DNA of 64,000 nt, from the NCBI GenBank assembly GCA_021799495.1, contig JAJZAI010000008.1:21389-85388 (forward strand). Reading direction: 5' to 3'. Shown one piece after another: positions 38,245 through 48,737 of this stretch. Position numbers and translations under genes: made by a program. Every line of letters starts with the position of its first letter. The stretch's first letter is position 1. The notes beneath the pieces were generated by a model that worked only from the letters and a program-made list of their open reading frames with translations, did no database searches and had not been told where the DNA came from. The DNA is from Deltaproteobacteria bacterium (GTDB lineage: Bacteria > Desulfobacterota > Binatia > Binatales > Binataceae).

Positions 38245-40259
38245 GCCGGCCCATCCAGCCTGAGAATATGCGCCGGCTGCCGATTCGGATCGAGACGCAC
38301 GTAATTCCGCTCGCGCCAAACGTACGAGTCGCCGGTGAGCAAATCCGTCACCCGGTAAGGCGTTCCCGGCGCCAGCCCGACGGCCTCGGGCGGCGTCGTC
38401 ACGGTGCATTCATGCCAATTGAACGGATCGAGATTGACGGCGATCAAAAGAGTGCCGCCGCGCTCGCGATCCGATTTGGCGTAGAACAAAATCTGATCGC
38501 TGTCGGCCGGCAGGAACGTCAGGTTATCGAGACGCTGGAGCGCCGGGCTTTCGCGGCGGATACGGTTGAGGCGCGCGACGAATTCCCTGATATTCCCGTC
38601 GGCGTCGAAATTGCGTGGTTTAATCTCGTATTTTTCCGAGTTTCGGTATTCTTCGGTTCCGGGCGCCGCGTCGTTCTCGCACAGTTCGTATCCGCTGTAG
38701 ATTCCGTAGGACGGCGCGAGCGTCGCCGCCAGCACGAGCCGCATCCGAAACGCGGGCCGCCCGCCGGCCTGCAGGATCGGCGTGAGGATGTCGGGCGTGT
38801 TCGCGAAGAAATTCGGCCGGAAATACTCGCGCATCCCGGTATGCGCGAGTTCCGTCATGTATTCGATGATTTCAGTTTTGGTATTGCGCCAGGTGAAGTA
38901 GGTATATGACTGCGAAAAGCCGCATTTGGCCAAAACCTTCATCATCTTCGGCCGGGTAAAAGCCTCGGCGAGAAAAATCACGTCGGGATGCTCGAGGCGC
39001 GCTTCGCCGATCAGCCACTCCCAGAATCGCACCGGCTTGGTGTGCGGATTATCGACGCGAAAGATTCGCACGCCCCGCCCGATCCAGAAAAACAGCGTGC
39101 GGCGCAGTTCGGCCATCAGGCCCGCCTGATCCTCCGTCGAAAAATCGATCGGATAGATGTCCTGGTACTCCTTCGGCGGATTCTCGGCGTATTTGATCGT
39201 GCCGTCGGGCCGATGGCGAAACCATCCGGGATGCTCATCGACCCACGGATGGTCAGGCGAGCACTGGACGGCGAAATCCAGCGCGACTTCGAGTCCCTGG
39301 CGCGCGGCGGCCGCGACGAAATGATCGAAATCCGCGACGGTTCCCAGCCCGGCGTCAACCGCGTCATGTCCGCCGTGGCCGTTGCCGATCGCCCATGGGC
39401 TGCCCGGATGGTGCGCCGCGCCGTTTGGAGAATTGTTCGGTCCTTTCCGGTTCGTGATTCCAATCGGATGGATTGGCGGCAGATAGACCACGTCGAACCC
39501 GAGGTCCGCGATATAAGGCAAAATGCGCTCGGCCTCGCGCAATGTGGCCGGCCGCGGCGGTTCCGGCGTCTGCGAGCGCGGGAACATCTCATACCAGGCG
39601 CCGGAGCGGGCGCGCGGCCGATCGGCGATCACCTTGAACAGCACGGGATGAAGCGTGCGCTCGAAACGTTCGCCGCAGGCGCTCGCGAGCGACTGTATTC
39701 GCTCCGCGGAGAGCGCCTCGGCCGCCCGGACCAGATCGCCGCGATTGCGCCGCGCAACCTCGCTGGCCGTCGCGGCAAGCCACGAACGATCGGCCGCGCC
39801 CGCGCGCTTTGCGATATCGCAAAGAAGTTCGAGTCCTTCGTCCAGGTCCGCGGCAACCGCCTTTCCGGCGGCCGATTTCTTTTGAAAATCGGCAAGCCAG
39901 GTCGCGTACCGATCGGTCCAGGCCTCGATCGTGAACACGAAAACGTCGTTCACGTCGAGCGGGAACTCGCCGCGCCAGCGATCGTCGCCGATCGGCGCCA
40001 TCGGCGCTTCCTTGAACGACGTTTCGCGCTCGCGGCGCCATTTGACGGCCGCGCGAATCACGTCATGGCCGTCGCGGAAAACGTCAGCTTCAACCACACA
40101 CGGTTCGCCCGCGATCCGCTTCGCCGGATAGCGGCCGTTGTCGACCGCGGGCGAGATCGCCTCGATGACATGACGTTCGAGGCGCGGGCGAGCGCGGACC
40201 GGCTTGCGCGTCGAGGCTGCGCGACGGGCATCCGCATGTTTGATGTCTTGCGTCATCAC
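38241..40259 (-). CDS. glgE: Alpha-1,4-glucan:maltose-1-phosphate maltosyltransferase
   Basis: WYEMFPRS, PPIHPIG, QCSPDHPW, AENPPKEYQDIYP, FRVDNPHTKP, LAEAFTRP and NTPDIL. Confidence 0.96.
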   Translation of the reverse strand: MMTQDIKHADARRAASTRKPVRARPRLERHVIEAISPAVDNGRYPAKRIAGEPCVVEADVFRDGHDVIRAAVKWRRERETSFKEAPMAPIGDDRWRGEFPLDVNDVFVFTIEAWTDRYATWLADFQKKSAAGKAVAADLDEGLELLCDIAKRAGAADRSWLAATASEVARRNRGDLVRAAEALSAERIQSLASACGERFERTLHPVLFKVIADRPRARSGAWYEMFPRSQTPEPPRPATLREAERILPYIADLGFDVVYLPPIHPIGITNRKGPNNSPNGAAHHPGSPWAIGNGHGGHDAVDAGLGTVADFDHFVAAAARQGLEVALDFAVQCSPDHPWVDEHPGWFRHRPDGTIKYAENPPKEYQDIYPIDFSTEDQAGLMAELRRTLFFWIGRGVRIFRVDNPHTKPVRFWEWLIGEARLEHPDVIFLAEAFTRPKMMKVLAKCGFSQSYTYFTWRNTKTEIIEYMTELAHTGMREYFRPNFFANTPDILTPILQAGGRPAFRMRLVLAATLAPSYGIYSGYELCENDAAPGTEEYRNSEKYEIKPRNFDADGNIREFVARLNRIRRESPALQRLDNLTFLPADSDQILFYAKSDRERGGTLLIAVNLDPFNWHECTVTTPPEAVGLAPGTPYRVTDLLTGDSYVWRERNYVRLDPNRQPAHILRLDGPA

Positions 40260-40373
40260 GAAATGGCCAGCCGGCTACGTCTGCCTTGAAGTCAGGCGCA
40301 TCATGAATCTTCGAGAGTGGCTGATGCTCGCCTGCCGTGCGCTATGGGCGCCGGGAATCGAAATTTGAATGAC

Positions 40374-40409
40374 GCGGGGAGCATTCCCGCAGCCTGACCG
40401 TTCAGGCTG
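40374..40409. other. Two abutting hairpins in the glgX-glgE intergenic region
   Basis: GCGGGGA-GCA-TTCCCGC (40374-40390) and the perfect CAGCCTGA-CCGT-TCAGGCTG (40390-40409); no U-tract. Confidence 0.4.
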
Positions 40410-40464
40410 GATCAGATTACCACGCTTTGCGCGATCTCGCGACCCCGGCGCGATTTCGATCGAA

Positions 40465-42693
40465 CTAATCCGCCTTTCCACCCTGCGATACGTCCGTTCC
40501 GGCGCTGGCGGGCGCGCTCGATGGCGCCGCGGACGATTGCCGTGAATCGAGCGCATCGCCGGCGGACTCCACGCGCTTGAGCAGCGCGAGCGATTGCGCC
40601 TGCAGTGGAAATCGCGTTCCCGAGAGGTAGCGGCGATGGTCAACCGCGCGAAAATCGGAATAGCTGGTATCGACCACCACCGTCCATGTCGAAGCATTCG
40701 GCAATGATGGAATCATGAATGGAACAACGTCATTATGACTACTCAAAAGTAAAATAAAGTCGTCATCGACGATTGGCCGGCCGCGCGCGTCGTCCTCCGC
40801 GATAGCATTGCCGGCCATGAACATCCCGAGCGTTCTGGCGAAATCATGACTCCATTCCGAATCGGTCATCTCATTGCCCTCGGGCGTCAGCCAAACGATA
40901 TCCTTGATCCCGGCGGCGCGGTTCGGCCGGCCATGAAAGAACGTGACCCGCCGGAATGCCGGATGGTCTTTGCGCAACGCCGCCAGGCGCCGCACAAACT
41001 CAAAAAATTCGCGCTCCGCCGGCGGCGGATTCCAGTCGAGCCAACTGATTTCATTGTCCTGGCAATACGCGTTGTTATTGCCGCGCTGAGTGCGGCCGAG
41101 TTCGTCGCCGGCCAGCAGCATCGGCACTCCCTGTGAGAGCAGCAGCGTCGCGATCAGATTGCGACGCTGGCGCGCGCGCAGCGCGAGCGTCGCCGGATCG
41201 TCCGTCGGCCCTTCGACGCCACAGTTCCAGCTTTGATTGTTATTTTCGCCGTCGCGGTTTTCTTCAAGGTTGGCTTCGTTATGCTTCGAGTTGTAGCTGA
41301 CCAGGTCGGCCAGGGTGAAGCCGTCGTGACAAGTGACGAAGTTGATGCTCGCGTACGGACGACGGCCGCTGGTTTCATACAAGTCGCTCGAACCGGTCAG
41401 CCGATATCCCAGTTCGCCGATTAATCCGCCCGCGCCCTTCCAGTAGGCGCGAATCGCGTCGCGGTATTTGCCATTCCACTCGGTCCATCCGACCGGGAAG
41501 TTGCCGACCTGATAGCCGCCCTCGCCCAAATCCCACGGCTCGGCAATCAATTTGACCTGCGACAGCACCGGGTCCTGATGCATAACGTCGAAAAAAGCGC
41601 TCAGCCGATTGACCTGATAAAGCTCGCGCGCCAACGCCGACGCGAGATCGAAGCGAAACCCGTCCACGCGCATTTCACATGCCCAGTAACGCAGGCTGTC
41701 CATCAGGAGTTGCAGGACGCGCGGATGCGTCATGTTGAGCGTATTTCCGCATCCCGTGAAATCGACGTAAAAACGCGGATCCGCCTCCGCCAGCCGGTAA
41801 TATGAGGTATTGTCGATACCGCGAAAACTGAAGGTCGGCCCAAGATGGTCGCCCTCGGCGGTGTGGTTGTACACCACGTCCAGAATCACTTCGATCCCGG
41901 CCGCATGCAGCCGCTTCACCATCGATTTGAATTCATTGATCGAGCCGGTGGCGGAGTAGCGCATATCGGGCGCGAAGTAGCCGATCGAATTGTAGCCCCA
42001 GTAGTTGCGCAGACCGTGATCGATCAACCGCCGTTCGTCGATAAACGCATGCGCCGGCATCAGCTCGATCGCGGTCACGCCCAGACGTTTCAGATGTTCG
42101 ACGATCGGGTCGCTGGCAAGGCCGGCGTAGGTTCCGCGCGCCGCCGGCGCGACCTCGGGATGTCGTGCGGTCAGCCCCTTGACGTGGGCTTCGTAAATCA
42201 CGGTATCGCGCCACGGAATTCTTGGCGGACGGTCGTCGCCCCATGGAAAAGTGGTCGCGACGACGCGGCACTTAGGCATCGCGGACGCGCTGTCCCGCCG
42301 ATCCGGCGTGAAGTCCTCTTTCGCGCCTGTCGTGCGATAGGCGAAGAGCACATCGCTCCAGCGCACGCCGCCGACGATTTGCCGCGCATACGGATCGAGC
42401 AGCAGCTTGTTCGGATTGAACCTCAGTCCGCGTTTCGGATCGTACGGCCCGGACACGCGGTAGCCGTAAAGCAAGCCGGGACGCGCGTCGGGCAGGTAAC
42501 AGTGCCAGACCTGATCGGTCTGCCAGCGCATCGCGATCCGCTCGGTCTCGCGCCGCCCGGCCGCGTCGAAAAGGCATAGTTCGACTTTTTCCGCGCGTTC
42601 CGAGAACAGCGCGAAATTGACGCCTTCGCCGTCCCAGACCGCTCCGAGCGGCGCGGGCGCTCCGCGCCAGACGGCTATACGTGATTCGGGCAT
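40465..42693 (-). CDS. glgX: Glycogen debranching enzyme
   Basis: GVNFALFS, YEAHVKG, NYWGYNS, DVVYNHTAEG, DGFRFDLA, IAEPWD and CHDGFTL. Confidence 0.97.
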   Translation of the reverse strand: MPESRIAVWRGAPAPLGAVWDGEGVNFALFSERAEKVELCLFDAAGRRETERIAMRWQTDQVWHCYLPDARPGLLYGYRVSGPYDPKRGLRFNPNKLLLDPYARQIVGGVRWSDVLFAYRTTGAKEDFTPDRRDSASAMPKCRVVATTFPWGDDRPPRIPWRDTVIYEAHVKGLTARHPEVAPAARGTYAGLASDPIVEHLKRLGVTAIELMPAHAFIDERRLIDHGLRNYWGYNSIGYFAPDMRYSATGSINEFKSMVKRLHAAGIEVILDVVYNHTAEGDHLGPTFSFRGIDNTSYYRLAEADPRFYVDFTGCGNTLNMTHPRVLQLLMDSLRYWACEMRVDGFRFDLASALARELYQVNRLSAFFDVMHQDPVLSQVKLIAEPWDLGEGGYQVGNFPVGWTEWNGKYRDAIRAYWKGAGGLIGELGYRLTGSSDLYETSGRRPYASINFVTCHDGFTLADLVSYNSKHNEANLEENRDGENNNQSWNCGVEGPTDDPATLALRARQRRNLIATLLLSQGVPMLLAGDELGRTQRGNNNAYCQDNEISWLDWNPPPAEREFFEFVRRLAALRKDHPAFRRVTFFHGRPNRAAGIKDIVWLTPEGNEMTDSEWSHDFARTLGMFMAGNAIAEDDARGRPIVDDDFILLLSSHNDVVPFMIPSLPNASTWTVVVDTSYSDFRAVDHRRYLSGTRFPLQAQSLALLKRVESAGDALDSRQSSAAPSSAPASAGTDVSQGGKAD

Positions 42694-42794
42694 CGCGGAG
42701 AATTCACGGATCAGCGCGCACTTTCGCGCGATTCGATAATCCGGAGATTCAGTTTATTTACCGGCCGTAGGCATGACAAATTCGGCGGACGCGC

Positions 42795-45700
42795 TCAGCC
42801 CGCCGACCAGACGTCAACGCGATATCGCCCTTCGCCGATCATCCGGTCGATCCAGGCGTCGGCCGCGACCTGATCGGCGCCGGTTTTAGCCGAATAAAGC
42901 GCCGCGAACGCGGCGCGCACGCCGGGCGCCATCTGCGACGCGTCCCCGCAAACGTAAATAATCGCGCCGTCTTCGATCAGCAGCCACAAGTCATCGCGGG
43001 ATTCCGCGATTTTGTCCTGAACGTAAACTTTGCGATCGCCCAGACGCGAATATGCGACGGTCACCCGCGCAACGCCGTCGTCCTCGAATTTTCGCAGTTC
43101 TTCCGCGTAAATGAAGTCCTGATCCGGCCGCCGGCATCCGAAAAACAGCATCGCCGGCCCGATCTCCGTTCCGCCGCGCTTGAGCGCCGCGCGCTCCTGC
43201 AGGAATCCGCGAAACGGCGCGATGCCGGTCCCCGGCCCGACCATCACGACCGGCTTCGCCGGATCGTCGGGCAGGCGGAAATTGGAATGGTTGTCCTTGA
43301 CGAATGCGGCGATCGAATCGCCCGGCACCAGCCCGCTCAGGTAGCTCGAACACGCGCCGAGATATTCGCCATGCCCCGAGCGGGCTGGCCCCGCCACCAC
43401 GCCAACCGTGATCGAACATCGCCGGGGATCGGCGAGCGGCGACGACGATATCGAATAGTACCGGGGCGCGAGCAGCGGCAGCATCTCCAGATAGACCGCG
43501 AACGGCAGCGCGCACGAAGGAGTTTCTTCAAGCAGATCGATCAGCGACTTGCGGCGCGCCATAACGTCGTCGCGATAACGCGCCGCCGCCGCTTCGTCGT
43601 CGCCCGCCAGCGCGGTCAACCGCGCGCGCTCGGGCGGGCACGGCGTATGCTCCGCCAGGATTTCGATTTGCGAACGGGTCGCGACCGCCTGCAATTCCGG
43701 AAAATCGCGCAGCAGCGCGGCGATCGCGATCGGCCGGTCGATCGGCAGCGGCGCCCGCCGCTGCGACGCCGCGCGCAGCCGGATCGTCTCGTCTCCAGCG
43801 AAACCGAAGCGCCGCATCACGCGCCTGACCGTCGCCGCGGGATTGCGCGGCGCCACGCCCAGATGGTCGCCGGCGCGATAGCTGACGCCCTCAGGAAGTT
43901 CCACTTCAAGATGCCGCGCGGAGCGCGCGGAAGGCTGCGCGCCTTCCTTGTTGTGCAGCTCTCGGATTTCGACGATCCGCATCATGCGCGCCGCCAAAGC
44001 TTCCGCGAGCGCGCCGCGGCCGTCGCTCGCTACGGTCTCGACCTCATAGAGCGGAGCGTGCGCGGCGGCTGTCGGTTCCAGCGCCACATCCAATTTCTCC
44101 GCCAGCGCCGGCCAGAGGGACCGCGACCAGTTCTGAAACTGGCCGTCGAAGTCGTCGCGCGCGTCGCCTTCGCCCCGTGCGGCGATTCGCTCGGCGCCGT
44201 GCGACTCCATGGCGCCGTCAATCAGGCGCGGCACCGCCTGAAACGTCGCCGTCCAATCGCGGTTTCCGCAGCCAAACACCGCATACCGCACGCCGCTGAG
44301 CGCGTTCGGCGCCATCCCGTCGCCGAGCCATTCGCAGAATTTCGCCGCGTTGTCGGGAGGCGTCCCGTTGTATGAAGCGGTCACGATTATCACCGCGCCG
44401 TCGTTGGGCAGGCGGCCGGCGTAATCGTCGAGCGGCGCGGCCGACGCGGAAAAGCCGCGCGCGTCGGCGTCTTGCGCGATGCGGCGCGCGATTTCCTCGG
44501 CCGTGCCGAGATTCGATCCGTAAAGCGCCAGCAACGGCCGTCCGTGCCGCGCGGCGGCGGATGCCGCCATTGACGAGACCGCCGCCTCATCGCCGTTCGC
44601 GGTTTGCATTCCCGCTCCGGCCGGATGCGCATCCCGCCCGGCGCCGAGACGCTCGTGCGCCGCGCGCGGACGCACCCGAATCGTAAAGCCGTCCGGCTTG
44701 AGCGTGAGCGTTTCCTTGATTTTCAGCTTGTAGCGCTTGTGATCGATCAGCTTGAACCGCTGCAGCACCATCGCGAGCACCAGCGCCGCCTCCTGCATCG
44801 CGAACTGGCGTCCGATACAGGCGCGCTGGCCGTTGCCGAACGGCTTGTACGCGCTGGCGGGACGCGCGGCTTCGGCCGCCGGCGCGAAATTTTCGGGATC
44901 GAAGACTTCGGCGCGCTCGCCCCAGACCTCGGGGTCGCGATGGAGCGCCGGAAGCAGCACCATCATCTGCCATTCCCGCTTGATCTCGTAGCGCCCGCCG
45001 ATCACGGTATCGGCCAGCGGATAGAGCGAAAAGGCCGGCGCCGTCGGCCATAGCCGCAGTGTCTCCTTCAGAATCTGATTGAGGTAGCCGAGTTGATTTA
45101 CCTGGGCGTAGGTCGGCAAGGCGTCGCGGTCGGGACCTAGCGTCCGATCGACTTCATCATAAGCGCGCCGCAGAACGTCGGGATTGTTGACCAGCGCATT
45201 GAGCGCGAATGACAGCAGGCCGCTGGTCGTCTCATGCCCCGCAATCAGAAACGTGATTATCTGGTAGCGGATATTCAAATCGTCAAGGCGTTCGCCGGAT
45301 TTCTTGTCCACGCCCGAAAGCATGAAGGTCAGCAGATCGCGCCGCTCGCCGGTTTCGGCGCCAGCCTCGCGCCGCTCGCGCACGATCCGATCGACCATCC
45401 CGTTCATGTAGTCGATATCGCCGGCGAAGCGCCGGTCGCGCGCGATCCGGATCCAGTCCTCCAGCGGCAGCCGCCGCACCTGCTCCATCGCGCACGACAG
45501 CGCGTCCACCATCGCGCCGACGAACGGATGGCTGCTCTCGCGGTAGAAGGAATTGAAGCGATAATCGAAACCGCACAGGCCGATGGTGTCGAGCGTCAGC
45601 GAGGTCATGTCGCGCGCGACGTCGATCTCGTCGTCGGCGTTGAGCCGCGACCATTTCGCGGCCAACTGGCCCGCGATATCCAGCATCATTTCGTGATACG

Positions 45701-46052
45701 AGCGCATCGCGCGCGCGCTGAAGGCCGGCAGGAGGATATTGTGCGCCTTGCTCCAGTTGGGCTCGCCGGTGCGCGACGTGAACAGTCCGTCGCCGGCGAA
45801 CTTGCGCACCTTGCTGAGCGCCCCCGCGATACTCTTGTCGAAGCGCTTTTCGTCGCACAACTCTTCGACCAGCCGATGACCCGAGACGACGACCAGAAAG
45901 GTCTTGCGCATGCGCAGCTTGAAAATCGGCCCGTATTCGCGCGCCAGCCGCGCCAGTCCCTGCACCGGCGCCGCGCGGTCGAGATCGAGCAGATTGCCCA
46001 CCAGGATGGTTTCTGGCGGATGGGGTATTTCGCTCAGTTCGGATTTTTCCAT
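42795..46052 (-). CDS. Bifunctional cytochrome P450/NADPH-P450 reductase (CYP102/BM3-like)
   Basis: AGDGLFT, AGHETTSG, ETLRLWPTAP, heme motif FGNGQRACIG; flavodoxin YGSNLGTAE; RYYSISS, GPGTGIAPF and IYVCGD; GAGGA SD before ATG 46052. Confidence 0.95.
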   Translation of the reverse strand: MEKSELSEIPHPPETILVGNLLDLDRAAPVQGLARLAREYGPIFKLRMRKTFLVVVSGHRLVEELCDEKRFDKSIAGALSKVRKFAGDGLFTSRTGEPNWSKAHNILLPAFSARAMRSYHEMMLDIAGQLAAKWSRLNADDEIDVARDMTSLTLDTIGLCGFDYRFNSFYRESSHPFVGAMVDALSCAMEQVRRLPLEDWIRIARDRRFAGDIDYMNGMVDRIVRERREAGAETGERRDLLTFMLSGVDKKSGERLDDLNIRYQIITFLIAGHETTSGLLSFALNALVNNPDVLRRAYDEVDRTLGPDRDALPTYAQVNQLGYLNQILKETLRLWPTAPAFSLYPLADTVIGGRYEIKREWQMMVLLPALHRDPEVWGERAEVFDPENFAPAAEAARPASAYKPFGNGQRACIGRQFAMQEAALVLAMVLQRFKLIDHKRYKLKIKETLTLKPDGFTIRVRPRAAHERLGAGRDAHPAGAGMQTANGDEAAVSSMAASAAARHGRPLLALYGSNLGTAEEIARRIAQDADARGFSASAAPLDDYAGRLPNDGAVIIVTASYNGTPPDNAAKFCEWLGDGMAPNALSGVRYAVFGCGNRDWTATFQAVPRLIDGAMESHGAERIAARGEGDARDDFDGQFQNWSRSLWPALAEKLDVALEPTAAAHAPLYEVETVASDGRGALAEALAARMMRIVEIRELHNKEGAQPSARSARHLEVELPEGVSYRAGDHLGVAPRNPAATVRRVMRRFGFAGDETIRLRAASQRRAPLPIDRPIAIAALLRDFPELQAVATRSQIEILAEHTPCPPERARLTALAGDDEAAAARYRDDVMARRKSLIDLLEETPSCALPFAVYLEMLPLLAPRYYSISSSPLADPRRCSITVGVVAGPARSGHGEYLGACSSYLSGLVPGDSIAAFVKDNHSNFRLPDDPAKPVVMVGPGTGIAPFRGFLQERAALKRGGTEIGPAMLFFGCRRPDQDFIYAEELRKFEDDGVARVTVAYSRLGDRKVYVQDKIAESRDDLWLLIEDGAIIYVCGDASQMAPGVRAAFAALYSAKTGADQVAADAWIDRMIGEGRYRVDVWSAG

Positions 46053-46247
46053 CCGGTCCTCGTTTGGCCCCGTCACGCGAGACTCCGCGGGCGATTATAG
46101 CGCGCCCGCCGGTTTCGCCGACGCATCTTTCGCGCCATCGGCCGCGGCGCGGCGCGAGATCGAAGCCGTGGCCCGCCGGACGGCTTTCGGTCGGCGCGGA
46201 GATTTTGCTAGCGTCTGCTGGGACCACATTTCGCGACGGGGTGATCT

Positions 46248-47591
46248 ATGGCGAGCGCGGTGAAAAACCTTCCGCTTGAAGATTGGCGCAAACGTCTGGG
46301 CGAGAAACTGATTCCGGCCGATGAAGCGGTCGCCCACGTCAAATCCGGCGACCGGATCACGATGTCGATCGCGCAGGCGACGCCGTACACGTTGTGCGCC
46401 GCGCTGGCCGGCCGGCTGATGGAAATCGAAAATGTCGTCCTCAACCATTCGGCCAACCTGTTCAACTGGGATTTGCCCGGAATCGGCGAACGCTTCCGGC
46501 TGGAATCGTTTTATCTCTCGCCCGTCAACCGCGATCTGTTCGCCGCCGGACCGGGCGAATTCGTGCCGGTCTCATATTATCGCGAAGGAACGCTGCCGCC
46601 GGGGTACGACAGTTTCAACGTTTTCATGCTCACCGTGTCGCCGCCCGACGCGCACGGGATGGTCAATATCGGCGACGTGCAGATCATGTCGAAGCTGCTC
46701 GCGCGCTGCGCCGAACTGGTGATCGCCGAAGTCGTGCCCGACGCCGTGCGGATTCATGGCGACAACTCGATGCATATTTCCGAAATCGACTGGTTCGTCG
46801 AGCGCTCGCCCGACGCGCCGGTGGTTCCGCTCACGCCGCCGCCGGTTCCTGAAGAAGAAAAACGCACGGTGGACGCGATTTGCGCGACCGTCGCACGCGA
46901 GCTGATTCCCGACCGGGCGTCGATCCAGATCGGCGTCGGTTCGACCTCCGGCGCGCTGATGCCGCATCTGCGCGGCCATCACGACCTCGGGATGCAAACC
47001 GAAATCATTCCGTGGGGGACCACGCATCTGGTGCGCGACGGCGTGATTACCGGCAAATACAAGAAGCTTTTCCCCGGCCTCGTGGTCGGCAGCGGCTTCG
47101 CCGTCGGCACTCCGCGCGAGGAACTCGAGTACGCCGACGACAATCCCGTGTTCCAGCTTTACGATTTCAATTTCACCGACGATATCCGCACGATCGCGCG
47201 CGAAGACGGATTGATCTCCGTCAACAACGCGCTCGCCGTCGATTTCACCGGCCAGGTCGGCAGCGAATCGCTCGGACCGAACATGTACACCGGCACCGGC
47301 GGACAGATCGCTTTCGGCGTCGGCGCGTCGCTGGCCGGCGGCAAATCGATCATCGTTTTGCCGGCGAGCGCGATCGTCAAGGGTCAGCGCATTTCGCGGA
47401 TCGGTTCGAGCCTGCCGCCCGCCGCGGTTTTCACGCTGCCGCGCGCGTTCGTCCATTACGTCGTCACCGAATACGGAGTCGCCACGCTGCGCGGCAAATC
47501 GCTGCGCGAGCGCGCGCGTGAAATGATCGCGGTGGCGCATCCGGATTTCCGCGCCGAACTGACCGCCGAAGCGCGCCGGATGTACGGTTAG
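46248..47591 (+). CDS. Acetyl-CoA hydrolase/transferase family (4-hydroxybutyrate CoA-transferase-like)
   Basis: VSPPD-x-HG, IQIGVG, LGMQTE, VDFTGQV, GTGGQ, YVVTEYGVA and IAVAHPDFR. Confidence 0.92.
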   Translation: MASAVKNLPLEDWRKRLGEKLIPADEAVAHVKSGDRITMSIAQATPYTLCAALAGRLMEIENVVLNHSANLFNWDLPGIGERFRLESFYLSPVNRDLFAAGPGEFVPVSYYREGTLPPGYDSFNVFMLTVSPPDAHGMVNIGDVQIMSKLLARCAELVIAEVVPDAVRIHGDNSMHISEIDWFVERSPDAPVVPLTPPPVPEEEKRTVDAICATVARELIPDRASIQIGVGSTSGALMPHLRGHHDLGMQTEIIPWGTTHLVRDGVITGKYKKLFPGLVVGSGFAVGTPREELEYADDNPVFQLYDFNFTDDIRTIAREDGLISVNNALAVDFTGQVGSESLGPNMYTGTGGQIAFGVGASLAGGKSIIVLPASAIVKGQRISRIGSSLPPAAVFTLPRAFVHYVVTEYGVATLRGKSLRERAREMIAVAHPDFRAELTAEARRMYG

Positions 47592-47601
47592 ACGGACAAC
47601 G

Positions 47602-47943
47602 CTAGTGGCCGCCGCCGGCCGCGCCGATCGCGATTCCGATCATCAAGGCGACGCCGGCGATAATCGCGAGCATCAAAAGTCCGGCGCATCCGCCGGCGGC
47701 CGACTGCGCGGCCGGAGTGACCGGCGTTTCGGCGTGCGCGGAATGGAAGCCGGTGTGGCGGCCCGTGCGGGATGTGTAGTAGAGGCCGGTGCCCGGGATG
47801 CCCACCGCTCGGGTCACACCAGAATTGCCGAAGGTCATGTGGGCGCCACGCACCCCGACCGTCAGGCTGGGGCCGGACTTCGATAGATTAACGCTCAGGC
47901 CGGGAAATATGCTGACGCGCCGGTAAAAGCGGAAATTGCCCAT
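47602..47943 (-). CDS. DUF4236-domain protein with C-terminal TM
   Basis: FRFYRRVSIFPGLSVNLSKSGPSLTVG...GIPGTGLYY signature. Confidence 0.85.
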   Translation of the reverse strand: MGNFRFYRRVSIFPGLSVNLSKSGPSLTVGVRGAHMTFGNSGVTRAVGIPGTGLYYTSRTGRHTGFHSAHAETPVTPAAQSAAGGCAGLLMLAIIAGVALMIGIAIGAAGGGH

Positions 47944-47974
47944 CGGTCACATCCCGGAACCGCTCGCGGCATGG

Positions 47975-48652
47975 CTAGGGCGAACCCGCGTCGCCGCCGC
48001 CCGGCAGCGGGGGCAAATCCACCGGCGTCGCCGGTTCGCTCAAGGTAAAATCCGCCGAAACGTTGCAGCACAGGCTGAAACTGGTTCCCGCGCGCGGGTC
48101 CGCGTCATAGCCTTCGAGCGATTCGTCAGGGTTCACCTTGACCGCCTGATAGCTCGTCGAGCCGGATTGCCGCGTAACCGCGAAAACGTAGTAATGGCCG
48201 GGTTCGAGCGGCTCGGGCGGGCCGGAATCGGGCATGGTCTCGACGAAATGCGCGGGCAACACGCCATACTGGATTTCGGTGACCGCATAGGCCGCAGTCG
48301 ATCCTCCGATCGGCAAATCGGAAAACATTCCCTGCTGATACGCGAAACGCCACACCTCGGCGCCGCCGTCAAACCGGACGATTGAAGCGCCGCCGGGCGC
48401 CGGAGCGATCGTATCCGCGCTCGAATATTTGGTCACGACCAGCGATTTCAGATAGTCGCCGTGCGTCGAATAGCTGATATGGATTTTCGCTTCGGGGCCC
48501 GGCAACGCCTGATTCTCGGACGCTTGCGCGTCGCTTGCCGGCTCCGCCGCCGGCGCGGCTTTGCGCGTGCCGAAGATCGAACAGCCGGGCGTCGCCAGGG
48601 CAAGCCCGAACAATATCGCCGCGATCGCCGCCAGCCGCGCCGCGATGCGCAC
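47975..48652 (-). CDS. Hypothetical lipoprotein
   Basis: Hydrophobic signal ending LATPGC; beta-rich mature region with a CC motif near the C-terminus. Start codon uncertain (GTG 48652 or 48688). Confidence 0.65.
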   Translation of the reverse strand: MRIAARLAAIAAILFGLALATPGCSIFGTRKAAPAAEPASDAQASENQALPGPEAKIHISYSTHGDYLKSLVVTKYSSADTIAPAPGGASIVRFDGGAEVWRFAYQQGMFSDLPIGGSTAAYAVTEIQYGVLPAHFVETMPDSGPPEPLEPGHYYVFAVTRQSGSTSYQAVKVNPDESLEGYDADPRAGTSFSLCCNVSADFTLSEPATPVDLPPLPGGGDAGSP

Positions 48653-48737
48653 TTTTTCCGCCGCAAGGCGGCCATTTGTTCCCGTCACGCCGTTTCTGGA
48701 AACTCCGTCAAGAATTCGGTCCGTGCGGCGCCCGCCG

